Source of the DNA: an uncultured Prevotellaceae bacterium
GTDB lineage: Bacteria; Bacteroidota; Bacteroidia; Bacteroidales; Bacteroidaceae
Direction of reading: 5' to 3'
NCBI GenBank assembly: GCA_900318585.1
Contig: ONKY01000033.1
Span: 1,801-65,800 of the forward strand
DNA: 64,000 nt
Shown here: positions 28,517 through 37,112 of the stretch, in pieces
How positions within the stretch are numbered: position 1 is the stretch's first letter
Layout: the number at the start of each line of letters is the position of its first letter
Position numbers and translations under genes: made by a program
The notes under the pieces: generated by a model
The model's input: only the letters and a program-made list of their open reading frames with translations
Told to the model about the DNA's origin: nothing
The model's database searches: none

Positions 28517-30670
28517 CTACTCCTTCATTACCACGTAGTAGGCCATGCCCTGGCTTGTGCGGCGGCTGCGGAACTTGTATTCGGGACGGCTCAGGAAGCT
28601 GCCAATCTTACAGAGTGCGCTGAAGTCCTCCTTGTAGCCGGACTTGAAGCGGGCCTTCATGCGACTGGAGATTTCCTTGAGGGTGAGCCACTGACAGACG
28701 TTCTCGTCGTCGCCGACTTCCGGCCGACGTATCAGGGAGAGGAGCATCTCGCCGATACCGCTGATTTGCTGGTACTGCAGGTTGTGAGTCATTAATTCCT
28801 GTTCCTCCTCCTTGGTGAGCCAATAGCGCTCGCCGTCGGAGATTTCTTTAAGCAACTGGGCGTAGAGCTGGCGATAGTTGACGGGCGTCTCGAAGTCGAT
28901 GCTGCCCTCGACGGTGACGCAGACGAAGCGACGGGAGCCGGAGGGGTCGGTCAGCGGCAAGGGCTCGTTGGTGGTTCCGATGAACGAGGCGTAGCGGCGG
29001 TGTGCGGAATAGGCTGTACCGTAGGGCGGGCGGTACTTCAGGTCGGCGGTGGAGACGAGATACTTCAGCACGATTTGCTGGCGCTGGGTAATCTTGTCGA
29101 ACTCGTCGAGATTGATGAGCGCAAAGGAGGTGAGGCCGAGGTTGAGGTCGGACTCGTTCTTGAAGTTGATGCGGTCGTTGTAGTACTGACGCTGGTCGCG
29201 CGGCAGGAGGATGCGGCAGAAGCTGGACTTGCCGCAGCCCTGACGTCCTATTAATAAAGGTACGAGCGCGTTGCCCGTGAGCTGGCCCTTGCCGAGCCAC
29301 ATGGCTACCATCGAGCGCATCCACAGACGGAAGAGGTACGCCCACTGCTCGTACTGGGTTTTTACACGGAGGGCGAGCGGTGTGACACGGTCCTGCCCGT
29401 CCCATTTGGGCAGGTGATAGAGAAAGTCCTGCATGGGATCATAGAGTTCAATGTCGTTGGAGTTGACGTAGCGGCGAATGTCCTTGTCCCAACACTTGAT
29501 GCCCTGACTGAGTGCGTGCATGGTGATGCTGTTGCGCGCCTCCTCTGTGAGGTCGCGGAAGTCGAAGCCGAGGCCTGTCCTCGGACGGAATTCAGCCACT
29601 CCTCGCATCACGTTCTTGCGCAGTTCGTAGTTCGAGCGTAGGAACACGTCAATCTTCATTGTCAGCAACGTCTCCGGCGGTATGTTCTTCAGCGGACGGA
29701 CAATCTCCTTGCGGCGGCGGTACTGCCGCTCGTGCTCTTCGCGGTAAGCGTTTTCAAATACCTTTCGGACGACATCCTTGTCTTTGCCCATCGAGGTGCT
29801 GAACATAGCCAGTCGCTGTGCCACAGCCATCGGCAGTCCTGTCTCACAGCAGTGGGCTGCCAAACGGGTGAGCAGCAGATGGGTGCGTCCCTCTTCCTCG
29901 GTAATGCCCTCCACCTCGTCGAGTGCCTTCGAGAGGTTATACTCATAGATGAGCTGCAGGGAGTGGTAGCGGTCGTGACCAGGCACCAGTTCGTCGGGCT
30001 CCATATCTGAGGAGTGTACCACGGTGACGGCCTGCTCCACCTCGGCGCAGTCGGTAAGGAAGGGGATTGCCTGGGGATTATAGAAAAGGTTAGGGTCGTA
30101 GCTCATGTAGCAAACACGGTGGAGCAGAGGTTCCAGCTTTTCCACGGAGACGCCCAACTGTGCATTGTATGCCAGTCGCGCCTTCTCGTAGAGGTTCTCG
30201 TGGAAACGATGTACGTCGTCACCCTCGGGCAGACCTCCACCGCCGAGCATATCACCGGTGCAGACGATTTTCACCGAGCGGCTGCTGGCGCCGACAAAGG
30301 CCATCAGCGTATGGAGCATCTGGGCGGCTCCGTCGCGGACGGCGCAGGCCTCGACATAGCCGGGCAGGTCGTTCACCTCCAACATCACCAAGCCTGTATA
30401 AGGCACAAGGCGCAGACGTTTGCGGTTGGTCATCTGAGACGAGAAGCACAGTCGCGGCAGGGGTTTGATCAGTTTTTCCGGTCCTTGAATAGTGCCGTCT
30501 TCCTCACGGGAAAAGCCCCGCAAAGGACACAACTCGCGGACAGCCTCCACCTCCTTCTGATAGTTACCCGAGCGGATCATAGTCGCTACCTCGTCGAGGC
30601 CCACCAGGACGAGCCGCTCCTTCCCCTGGCTGTGCTTCATCAAAGTAATTGTCTTGGTTCCCATATCCAT
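28517..30670 (-). CDS. BT4734/BF3469-like protein with VapE/VirE P-loop ATPase domain
   Basis: N-terminal YTGLVMLEVN..AFVGASSRSVKI..CYMSYDP; LPKWDGQDR; Walker A GRQGCGKS; Walker B LINLDE; FIGTTN; DPSGSRRF. Confidence 0.85.
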   Translation of the reverse strand: MDMGTKTITLMKHSQGKERLVLVGLDEVATMIRSGNYQKEVEAVRELCPLRGFSREEDGTIQGPEKLIKPLPRLCFSSQMTNRKRLRLVPYTGLVMLEVNDLPGYVEACAVRDGAAQMLHTLMAFVGASSRSVKIVCTGDMLGGGGLPEGDDVHRFHENLYEKARLAYNAQLGVSVEKLEPLLHRVCYMSYDPNLFYNPQAIPFLTDCAEVEQAVTVVHSSDMEPDELVPGHDRYHSLQLIYEYNLSKALDEVEGITEEEGRTHLLLTRLAAHCCETGLPMAVAQRLAMFSTSMGKDKDVVRKVFENAYREEHERQYRRRKEIVRPLKNIPPETLLTMKIDVFLRSNYELRKNVMRGVAEFRPRTGLGFDFRDLTEEARNSITMHALSQGIKCWDKDIRRYVNSNDIELYDPMQDFLYHLPKWDGQDRVTPLALRVKTQYEQWAYLFRLWMRSMVAMWLGKGQLTGNALVPLLIGRQGCGKSSFCRILLPRDQRQYYNDRINFKNESDLNLGLTSFALINLDEFDKITQRQQIVLKYLVSTADLKYRPPYGTAYSAHRRYASFIGTTNEPLPLTDPSGSRRFVCVTVEGSIDFETPVNYRQLYAQLLKEISDGERYWLTKEEEQELMTHNLQYQQISGIGEMLLSLIRRPEVGDDENVCQWLTLKEISSRMKARFKSGYKEDFSALCKIGSFLSRPEYKFRSRRTSQGMAYYVVMKE

Positions 30671-30736
30671 TACTAATGTAGGTTTTGCGGTGCAAATATA
30701 CGAAAATAATTTGAAACAAGCAAAGAAATAAACAAG

Positions 30737-31150
30737 AAAAAAACATACATACCTACATGAATTCTTATAATCTATTGGTTAACAAAAAATTAGAAAATGA
30801 AGGTATGACAAATAACCTACACTAAAGATACACAAATTTGAATTGGTACAAAAAGTTTCAAACAAATCTGGAAGTTGAAACTAACAGTATTATCATTCTA
30901 AAACGGTGCATAATAATAATTTCTAGGGGAGAAACAAGTTGTTAAGCATGAAAAAACAAATGATACCCAGGACTTATAATATCTATAAACTAACTTATAA
31001 TCAGATAAATACGACGTAATACTCAAGATTTACACAAACAGATTACAAAATAAATGTAGGATAAAAACAGGGTACACGGCACACATACACAACATAACTA
31101 TTTGTAATACAACAGATTATATCATAAAATGCAGGAATGTAAGATTTTTT
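30737..31150. repeat. AT-rich segment bounded by degenerate 50-bp inverted repeats
   Basis: 30737-30786 vs reverse complement of 31101-31150: about 36/50 identical by eye, no gaps. Flanked by outward promoters at 30693-30700 and 31197-31204. Confidence 0.6.
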
Positions 31151-31229
31151 AAGAAAAAATTTCGTGGAAAAATTTGCACGTATCGAAAATTATAGTTACT
31201 TTTGCAACCGAAAAGAGACCAATAGCCCT

Positions 31230-31670
31230 ATGACGCAACAGGAAAACCCTTTTGGAGACAAAGTCGCCACCTATCTCATCTGCCTCAACGAGCGTTGCGC
31301 CCGCCGAGACAAATGCCTTAGATGGGTTGTCGGGCAGCACGTGACAGGCGAGCAGCCCATCAGCCGCCTGTTCATCAACCCGAAGAACGCTTTGGTGAAA
31401 GAGGGTAAATGTCCGGTATTCAGAAGCGCTAAGCCGCTAAAGATGCCGTTGGGCATGAAGAGTTTCTACCACGATATGCCGAGATGGCAGGAGAAGAGCA
31501 TCAAGGATGCACTAATCGAACGCTTCTCGAGAACAGCCTACTACCGTTACCACAACGGTACCAAACCCATCACTCCAGAAATAGAAAAAGAAATCCGCCG
31601 TACATGTAAGGCGAAGGGCTGGACGAAGCAGATACACTTCGACGGCTATATTGAGGACTACCAGTGGTAA
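31230..31670 (+). CDS. DUF6078-like Cys-containing protein
   Basis: CLNERCARRDKCLR, CPVF, FSRTAYYRYHNG..ITPE, FDGY. Start moved to ATG 31230 because a promoter lies at 31173-31204. Confidence 0.7.
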   Translation: MTQQENPFGDKVATYLICLNERCARRDKCLRWVVGQHVTGEQPISRLFINPKNALVKEGKCPVFRSAKPLKMPLGMKSFYHDMPRWQEKSIKDALIERFSRTAYYRYHNGTKPITPEIEKEIRRTCKAKGWTKQIHFDGYIEDYQW

Positions 31671-31734
31671 GTCCCTCATACACACACTACACGAATAAAT
31701 ACATCTTTCTTTCCTCTGCGGCTTGTCCGCACTT

Positions 31735-31773
31735 TAACTGCCCCGTCCAGCGCTGGCTGACACGGGGCGGTTA
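31735..31773 (+). terminator. Hairpin 3' of DUF6078-like gene
   Basis: taactgccccgt...acggggcggtta stem. Confidence 0.55.
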
Positions 31774-31809
31774 GTAGTTTGCGCGAACCTAATTAATTTA
31801 GCAGAAAAA

Positions 31810-31841
31810 TTTGGAGGTTTGGGGAAAAGTTCGTATATTTG
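31810..31841 (+). promoter_or_regulatory. Sigma-A promoter upstream of Rpn remnant and BACON cassette
   Basis: -33 TTTG 31810-31813, -7 TATATTTG 31834-31841. Confidence 0.7.
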
Positions 31842-31869
31842 CAGCCAATATCTAGTAAAGGAAAGAAAG

Positions 31870-32004
31870 ATGATTGTAGAAAACAAATACGTGCGCTTTG
31901 ACTGGGCCGTGAAGCGGATGCTCCGCGATAAGGCAAACCCCGAAGGTAGGGCCATCATAGCAGAAAGTACCTAGCTGACAGAAAAAGAGATACAAAACCT
32001 GTAA
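31870..32004 (+). pseudogene. Internally deleted Rpn / PD-(D/E)XK nuclease-family transposase gene
   Basis: MIVENKYVRFDWAVKRMLRDKAN (family N-terminus) joined to IIAEST*LTEKEIQNL* (family C-terminal helix, in-frame TAG at 31972). Confidence 0.75.
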
Positions 32005-32062
32005 GAAGCTTGTGCACTTCACCTCCTTATGAACATTAACAAACAAAAAAACTATAAAACCT

Positions 32063-33601
32063 ATGAAGAAAACATTATTGGGCTGGGCAGCAGGACTATG
32101 CTGCATTATCCTGCTAACTGCCTGCCCCAGTGACGACGCGCCAGACATTGAGCTGAGCGTGTCCCCCACCAGTGTGACGCTTGACGCCAACGGAATAGCC
32201 GAAGTCTACGTCACTTCCAACACCACTTGGTCCATCACCTCCAGCGACTCCTGGGTGAAAGCATCACCAGGCAGTGGCAGTGGCAACCAAAAGGTCACCA
32301 TCACTGAGACACAGTCGAACCCCTCCAGTGAGGCACGTAACGCCATCCTGACCATCACCGACAGGACCAACAAGGAGGTGCGCACGGTAAAAGTCATCCA
32401 GACAGGCAAGCAGAGCACGCCTGACAATCCTGATAACCCGCCAGCACAGTCGACGCTGACTGTCTCGCCCACCAGCATGGAGTTCACCTCCTCGGGCGGC
32501 GAGCAGACTGTCAACCTGAAGTCGAATACCTCGTGGAGCGTGACCGAGAAGCCGTTCTGGATCTCCTGCAAAGGAAATGGAAACGGTGACACGAACCTTG
32601 TACTTACTGCAACCGAGAACACTTCTACAGAGAAGCGCACTGGCGTCATCAAGTTTGCCAGCGGCGACGGCAAGGCCGTTGCCAACATCAACGTGAGCCA
32701 GACAGGAGCCACGCCTGCCCTCACCCTCTCCATTGGAGAACTGACCCTGAGTGCTGCCGCTTCTAACAACAATACTTTTATTATTACGTCAAACCTTTCG
32801 TGGACAGTCAGCGATGACGCTTCCTGGCTCAGCTGCGCGCCCACTGAAGGCACAGGCAAGGGCACCGTCACCGTATCGGTCACGGAGAATAAGGAGCAGC
32901 AGTCGCGCTCGGCCACCATCACCGTCCGCGCCGATGACATCACCAAGACCATTACCGTCCGTCAGGACGCAGCTGCCCAGCAGCCCACGCTGACACTCAG
33001 CACGCAGACACTGAGTCTGGCAGCAACCGCCACCAGTGCCTCGTTCAACGTCACGTCAAACACCACGTGGACCATCAGCGACGACGCTTCCTGGCTCAGC
33101 TGTTCACCCTCTGAAGGAACGGGCAACGCCAGCATCAATGTCACCACCAGCGAGAACAAGGACGAGCAGGAGCGCACGGCCACCATCACCGTCCGTGCTG
33201 GCGAGCTGACACAGACCATCACCGTCAAGCAGGACGCTGCCGCCAGCACACCGACGCCAACTCCGACGCTGAACGTCAGCACGACGAGCCTATCGTTCGC
33301 CGCCAGCAACCCCGCGTCGCAGACGTTTACCATCACCTCGAACCAGTCGTGGACAGTCAGCGTCAGCAACGCATGGATTGCCTGCCAGCCCTCTTCCGGC
33401 TCAGGCGACAAAACTGTCACCGTATCAGTGAGCAACAACAACGAGACAAGCCAGCGCCAGGGTACGGTTACCGTACGAGCCGGCGACCTGTCGAAGACCA
33501 TCACTATCCGTCAGGATGCTGCATCAGCTACCGAGAATGAACCCGGCAGCGGCGACAACAACCTGCCGCAGTATAGCCGCAAGAAGAAAAACAACCCCTA
33601 A
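32063..33601 (+). CDS. Multi-BACON-domain lipoprotein (5 modules)
   Basis: Lipobox LTAC-PSDD; repeated SN..W...W..SP..G.G...R.ATIT...I.V.Q modules. Confidence 0.88.
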   Translation: MKKTLLGWAAGLCCIILLTACPSDDAPDIELSVSPTSVTLDANGIAEVYVTSNTTWSITSSDSWVKASPGSGSGNQKVTITETQSNPSSEARNAILTITDRTNKEVRTVKVIQTGKQSTPDNPDNPPAQSTLTVSPTSMEFTSSGGEQTVNLKSNTSWSVTEKPFWISCKGNGNGDTNLVLTATENTSTEKRTGVIKFASGDGKAVANINVSQTGATPALTLSIGELTLSAAASNNNTFIITSNLSWTVSDDASWLSCAPTEGTGKGTVTVSVTENKEQQSRSATITVRADDITKTITVRQDAAAQQPTLTLSTQTLSLAATATSASFNVTSNTTWTISDDASWLSCSPSEGTGNASINVTTSENKDEQERTATITVRAGELTQTITVKQDAAASTPTPTPTLNVSTTSLSFAASNPASQTFTITSNQSWTVSVSNAWIACQPSSGSGDKTVTVSVSNNNETSQRQGTVTVRAGDLSKTITIRQDAASATENEPGSGDNNLPQYSRKKKNNP

Positions 33602-33616
33602 ACACGACGTATCAAA

Positions 33617-36370
33617 ATGAAAAAGTATATTATTCTTTTCGTATTATCACTCGCCAGCACTCTGTCCACGTGGGCAGACAACCTGGTGGCAGCCGGCGGC
33701 GAGCACTACCTCGCCGTCAAGAGCGACGGAACGCTCTGGGCATGGGGAAACAACAATTACGGACAGATAGGCGACGGCAAGTTGGAGACTGCGAAATGTC
33801 CAAAGCCCGTGAAGATCATGTCGAACGTCGTCTCCGTGGCAGCAGGTTTGTACCACTCCCTCGTCATCAAGAACGACGGCACCCTTTGGGCATGGGGACA
33901 GAACAACAACGGACAGTTAGGCGACGGCACCCTTGAAAACCGCTACAAGCCCGTGAAGATCATGGACGGCGTCAAGCAGGTGGCGGCAGGCGACTATCAT
34001 ACCGTCGTCCTGAAAACCGACGGCTCCGTATGGACATGGGGATACAACAGCAAGGGTCAGATAGGCGATGACACCTACGTCACCAAGAACTCCCCCGTGA
34101 AGATCATGGAGGGTGTCAAGCAGATAGGCGCAGGATGCAACTACACCTTCGCCATTGAGAACAACGGTACGCTTTGGGGCTGGGGCCAAAACACCGAAGG
34201 ACAGTTTGGCGACGGCACGAGGCTTAACCGCAGGGCACCACGACAGATAAGAGACGGCGTCAAGTCGGTGGTTGGCGGCGAGTACCACACGCTCTTCCAG
34301 ATGAACGACGAAAGCATCTATGCATCAGGCCGAAACACCTCCGGACAGTTGGGCGACGGCTCGAAGGCACAGACACTCACAGCCAAAAAAATCATGAACG
34401 GCGCCAAGATGATTGCTACAGGACGTGCCCACTCCTTAGCCATCGACAACAGTAGCGTGCTTTATGCATGGGGACTGAACGACGAAGGCCAGATAGGCGA
34501 CGGCTCGAAAAGCGATAAGACAGAGCCGACAAGGATTATGACCAGCGTCAAACAGATGGCAGCCTCCGACTATAATACTATCGCCATGAAGAATGACGGC
34601 ACCGTCTGGGTTTGGGGATGGAACAGGAGCGGACAGTTAGGCGACGGCACAACCGCCTCCAGCACCAAGCCCATAGAGGTGACACTAAGCGACGGACAGG
34701 TCACACCTGACCCGCCTGCCGCCACGAACTACTACATCGTGGGTGGTCCTAACGGCGATTGGGTTGGCACTGCAGCATCTAAGGAGCTGAAATTCAAGCA
34801 CATCGGCAATGATGTCACAGAAGACCCCGTATATTCCATTTCCTTCGACGCTCCAGAGGGCGACTGCTGGTTTGCCATCGGCGACGATGAAGCTTGCGAT
34901 GCCATCACTAACAACGGTGACTGGACAAAATTATACGGTACCACCAAGGGCAATGGTAACAACGGGCTCTCCGGCAAGCTGGACCGCCGCTACAACCTCC
35001 AAGACGACGCCGCGTTCTTAGTGCCCGCCGGCAGCAAAAGCATCAAGGTCACCATCAACATGAAGGAAATGACCTATCTGATTGAACTGACAAGTTTCGG
35101 CAAGGTACAGACCACCGTCGACGGCATCGGCTATCTCGTCGACTTCGACACAAAGACAGCCACCGTCACCCAGGCAAGGGGTACCATGACCAACCGAGTG
35201 ATACCCGAGAGCATCTATTATTACGGTCAAACCTTCACCGTGACAGGTATCGGCGACTATGCCTTCAAGGACTCATCATCGTTCGACTACTCAATCACCG
35301 TTCCTTCCACCGTGACCGAAGTGTCTGCCCACGCTTTCGACGGCATCTGCGCACCGGCACTCATCTGGAAAAGCAACACGAAGCTGCCTGAAAATGCCTT
35401 CGACAACATCGCATGGGAGAGTATGCCCCAAGCCAACTTCCTGCTCTACGTCAACAACCGCAGCATCGCACCTTCAAAGATGAAGAATGTCGTGGCCAAC
35501 GGCAAGGCGGAAAGCATCATACTGACAGAAGGGAGCGTGTTCCACTGCCCGCAGACATTCACCGCTACCAGCATCAGCTATACCCACCGCTTCTCCATGG
35601 AAACGGCTATCGGCTATGCCGGCGGCTGGGAGACCATCGCCCTGCCGTTCGACGTGCAGCAGGTTACCCACGAGTCGAAAGGACAACTGGTGCCCTTCGC
35701 CGCCTACACCAAGGGCAGCGGCAACAAACCCTTCTGGCTCTATGAGCTGGGCTCGGCAGGGTTCGTCCAGGCCTCTACTATCAAGGCCAACACCCCCTAC
35801 CTCATCTCCATGCCTAACAACAGCGCCTATAGCAGTAGTTTCTGCGTCAACGGCAAGGTGACCTTCTCTGCCACAAACACCACCGTGGCTGCCATCCCCC
35901 TGAAGGGCAACGAGCCTGACTACAAGCGTGTGACCTACCAGGGTAAGGAATTCACGCTGATGTATATGTTCAACTCTCGTGAGCGCAACGTTCATGCCAT
36001 CAACTCTGCAACCGACCTCTGGAACCTCACGGATGCCCGTACAGCCGGTAGTGTGTTCATCAGCAATCTGCGTATCATCTATCCCTTCGAGGCCTACTTC
36101 TACTACAACGACCCGACGGGTGCACGCTCCGTCATCGACATCCCCTTTGCCGACAACACCTCCACCGGCATCGACACACCGTTCCGCTCATCGTTCCGCT
36201 CGGCCGAAGGACGCTTGCAAGGCAAGAATGTTCAACGTTCAACGTTCAACGTCTACAGCCTCTCCGGCCAACTCGTTTACTCCGGCAGCGCCGATGACCT
36301 GAACGCATTGAAGCAGCAACTGCCCGCCGGCGTTTACTTGGTAAATGGCAAAAAGATAGTTATTCCTTAA
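33617..36370 (+). CDS. Secreted RCC1-repeat protein with T9SS-type C-terminus
   Basis: Signal peptide; about 7 repeats AAG..H....DGTLWAWG.N..GQLGDG; C-terminal module shared with 37113; ends TGID...GVYLVNGKKIVIP. Confidence 0.88.
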   Translation: MKKYIILFVLSLASTLSTWADNLVAAGGEHYLAVKSDGTLWAWGNNNYGQIGDGKLETAKCPKPVKIMSNVVSVAAGLYHSLVIKNDGTLWAWGQNNNGQLGDGTLENRYKPVKIMDGVKQVAAGDYHTVVLKTDGSVWTWGYNSKGQIGDDTYVTKNSPVKIMEGVKQIGAGCNYTFAIENNGTLWGWGQNTEGQFGDGTRLNRRAPRQIRDGVKSVVGGEYHTLFQMNDESIYASGRNTSGQLGDGSKAQTLTAKKIMNGAKMIATGRAHSLAIDNSSVLYAWGLNDEGQIGDGSKSDKTEPTRIMTSVKQMAASDYNTIAMKNDGTVWVWGWNRSGQLGDGTTASSTKPIEVTLSDGQVTPDPPAATNYYIVGGPNGDWVGTAASKELKFKHIGNDVTEDPVYSISFDAPEGDCWFAIGDDEACDAITNNGDWTKLYGTTKGNGNNGLSGKLDRRYNLQDDAAFLVPAGSKSIKVTINMKEMTYLIELTSFGKVQTTVDGIGYLVDFDTKTATVTQARGTMTNRVIPESIYYYGQTFTVTGIGDYAFKDSSSFDYSITVPSTVTEVSAHAFDGICAPALIWKSNTKLPENAFDNIAWESMPQANFLLYVNNRSIAPSKMKNVVANGKAESIILTEGSVFHCPQTFTATSISYTHRFSMETAIGYAGGWETIALPFDVQQVTHESKGQLVPFAAYTKGSGNKPFWLYELGSAGFVQASTIKANTPYLISMPNNSAYSSSFCVNGKVTFSATNTTVAAIPLKGNEPDYKRVTYQGKEFTLMYMFNSRERNVHAINSATDLWNLTDARTAGSVFISNLRIIYPFEAYFYYNDPTGARSVIDIPFADNTSTGIDTPFRSSFRSAEGRLQGKNVQRSTFNVYSLSGQLVYSGSADDLNALKQQLPAGVYLVNGKKIVIP

Positions 36371-36386
36371 TATATATAACAAACAC

Positions 36387-37094
36387 ATGAAGAAAACCAT
36401 GATAAGCTGGGCAGCAGGACTATGCAGCATAGTCCTGCTGACAGCCTGCCCCAGTGACGACGCGCCAGAGATAGAGCTGAGCGTGTCGCCTACCGAAGTA
36501 ACCTTAGAAAACGGCTCTGCCACCGCACAGATTACATCTAATACCTCATGGACCATCGCACTGAATGACTCCTGGATCAACGTGTCGCCTGCCAGTGGTA
36601 GCGGCAACAAGACAGTCTTCATCACGGAGCTCATGGTGAACCCCTACACCTCACCGCGCAGCACCATGCTGACCATCACCGACAGGACGGGCAGCGTGAC
36701 GCGCTCCGTGAAGGTCAACCAGAAGGCCGGCACACCGAACAATCCTGACAACCCGCCGGTACAGCCGACGCTGACCGTCTCGCCCACCCAGCTGACCCTC
36801 GGTGCCACCGCCTCTAACAACACGACGTTCACCGTCACGTCAAACCAGTCGTGGACGGTCACCGACGATGCCTCCTGGCTCAGCTGCTCTCCCGCTTCGG
36901 GCAGCAACAACGGCACCGTCACCCTTACGGCTACCGAGAACACGGAGCAGCAGGAGCGAACGGCCACCATCACCGTCCGCGCCAGCGACCTGACGCAGAC
37001 CATCTCCGTCCGTCAGGATGCCGCATCCAAGGAAAAACCAGGCAGAAATGACAACAACCTCCCTGGCACGCAGACAGCGAGAGCACTATACTAA
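36387..37094 (+). CDS. Two-BACON-domain lipoprotein, paralog of 32063
   Basis: Near-identical leader WAAGLC.I.LLTACPSDDAP.IELSVSPT. Confidence 0.88.
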   Translation: MKKTMISWAAGLCSIVLLTACPSDDAPEIELSVSPTEVTLENGSATAQITSNTSWTIALNDSWINVSPASGSGNKTVFITELMVNPYTSPRSTMLTITDRTGSVTRSVKVNQKAGTPNNPDNPPVQPTLTVSPTQLTLGATASNNTTFTVTSNQSWTVTDDASWLSCSPASGSNNGTVTLTATENTEQQERTATITVRASDLTQTISVRQDAASKEKPGRNDNNLPGTQTARALY

Positions 37095-37112
37095 CCAAAC
37101 ACCTTCACAGTC

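Noticed and set aside
28517-32004. Prophage or ICE
   Set aside because: No integrase, structural or conjugation genes; no att duplication of tRNA-Val seen.
32206-33504. Antisense ORFs over BACON genes (also 59533-60657)
   Set aside because: Val/Leu-rich mirror frames of Thr/Ser-rich repeats.
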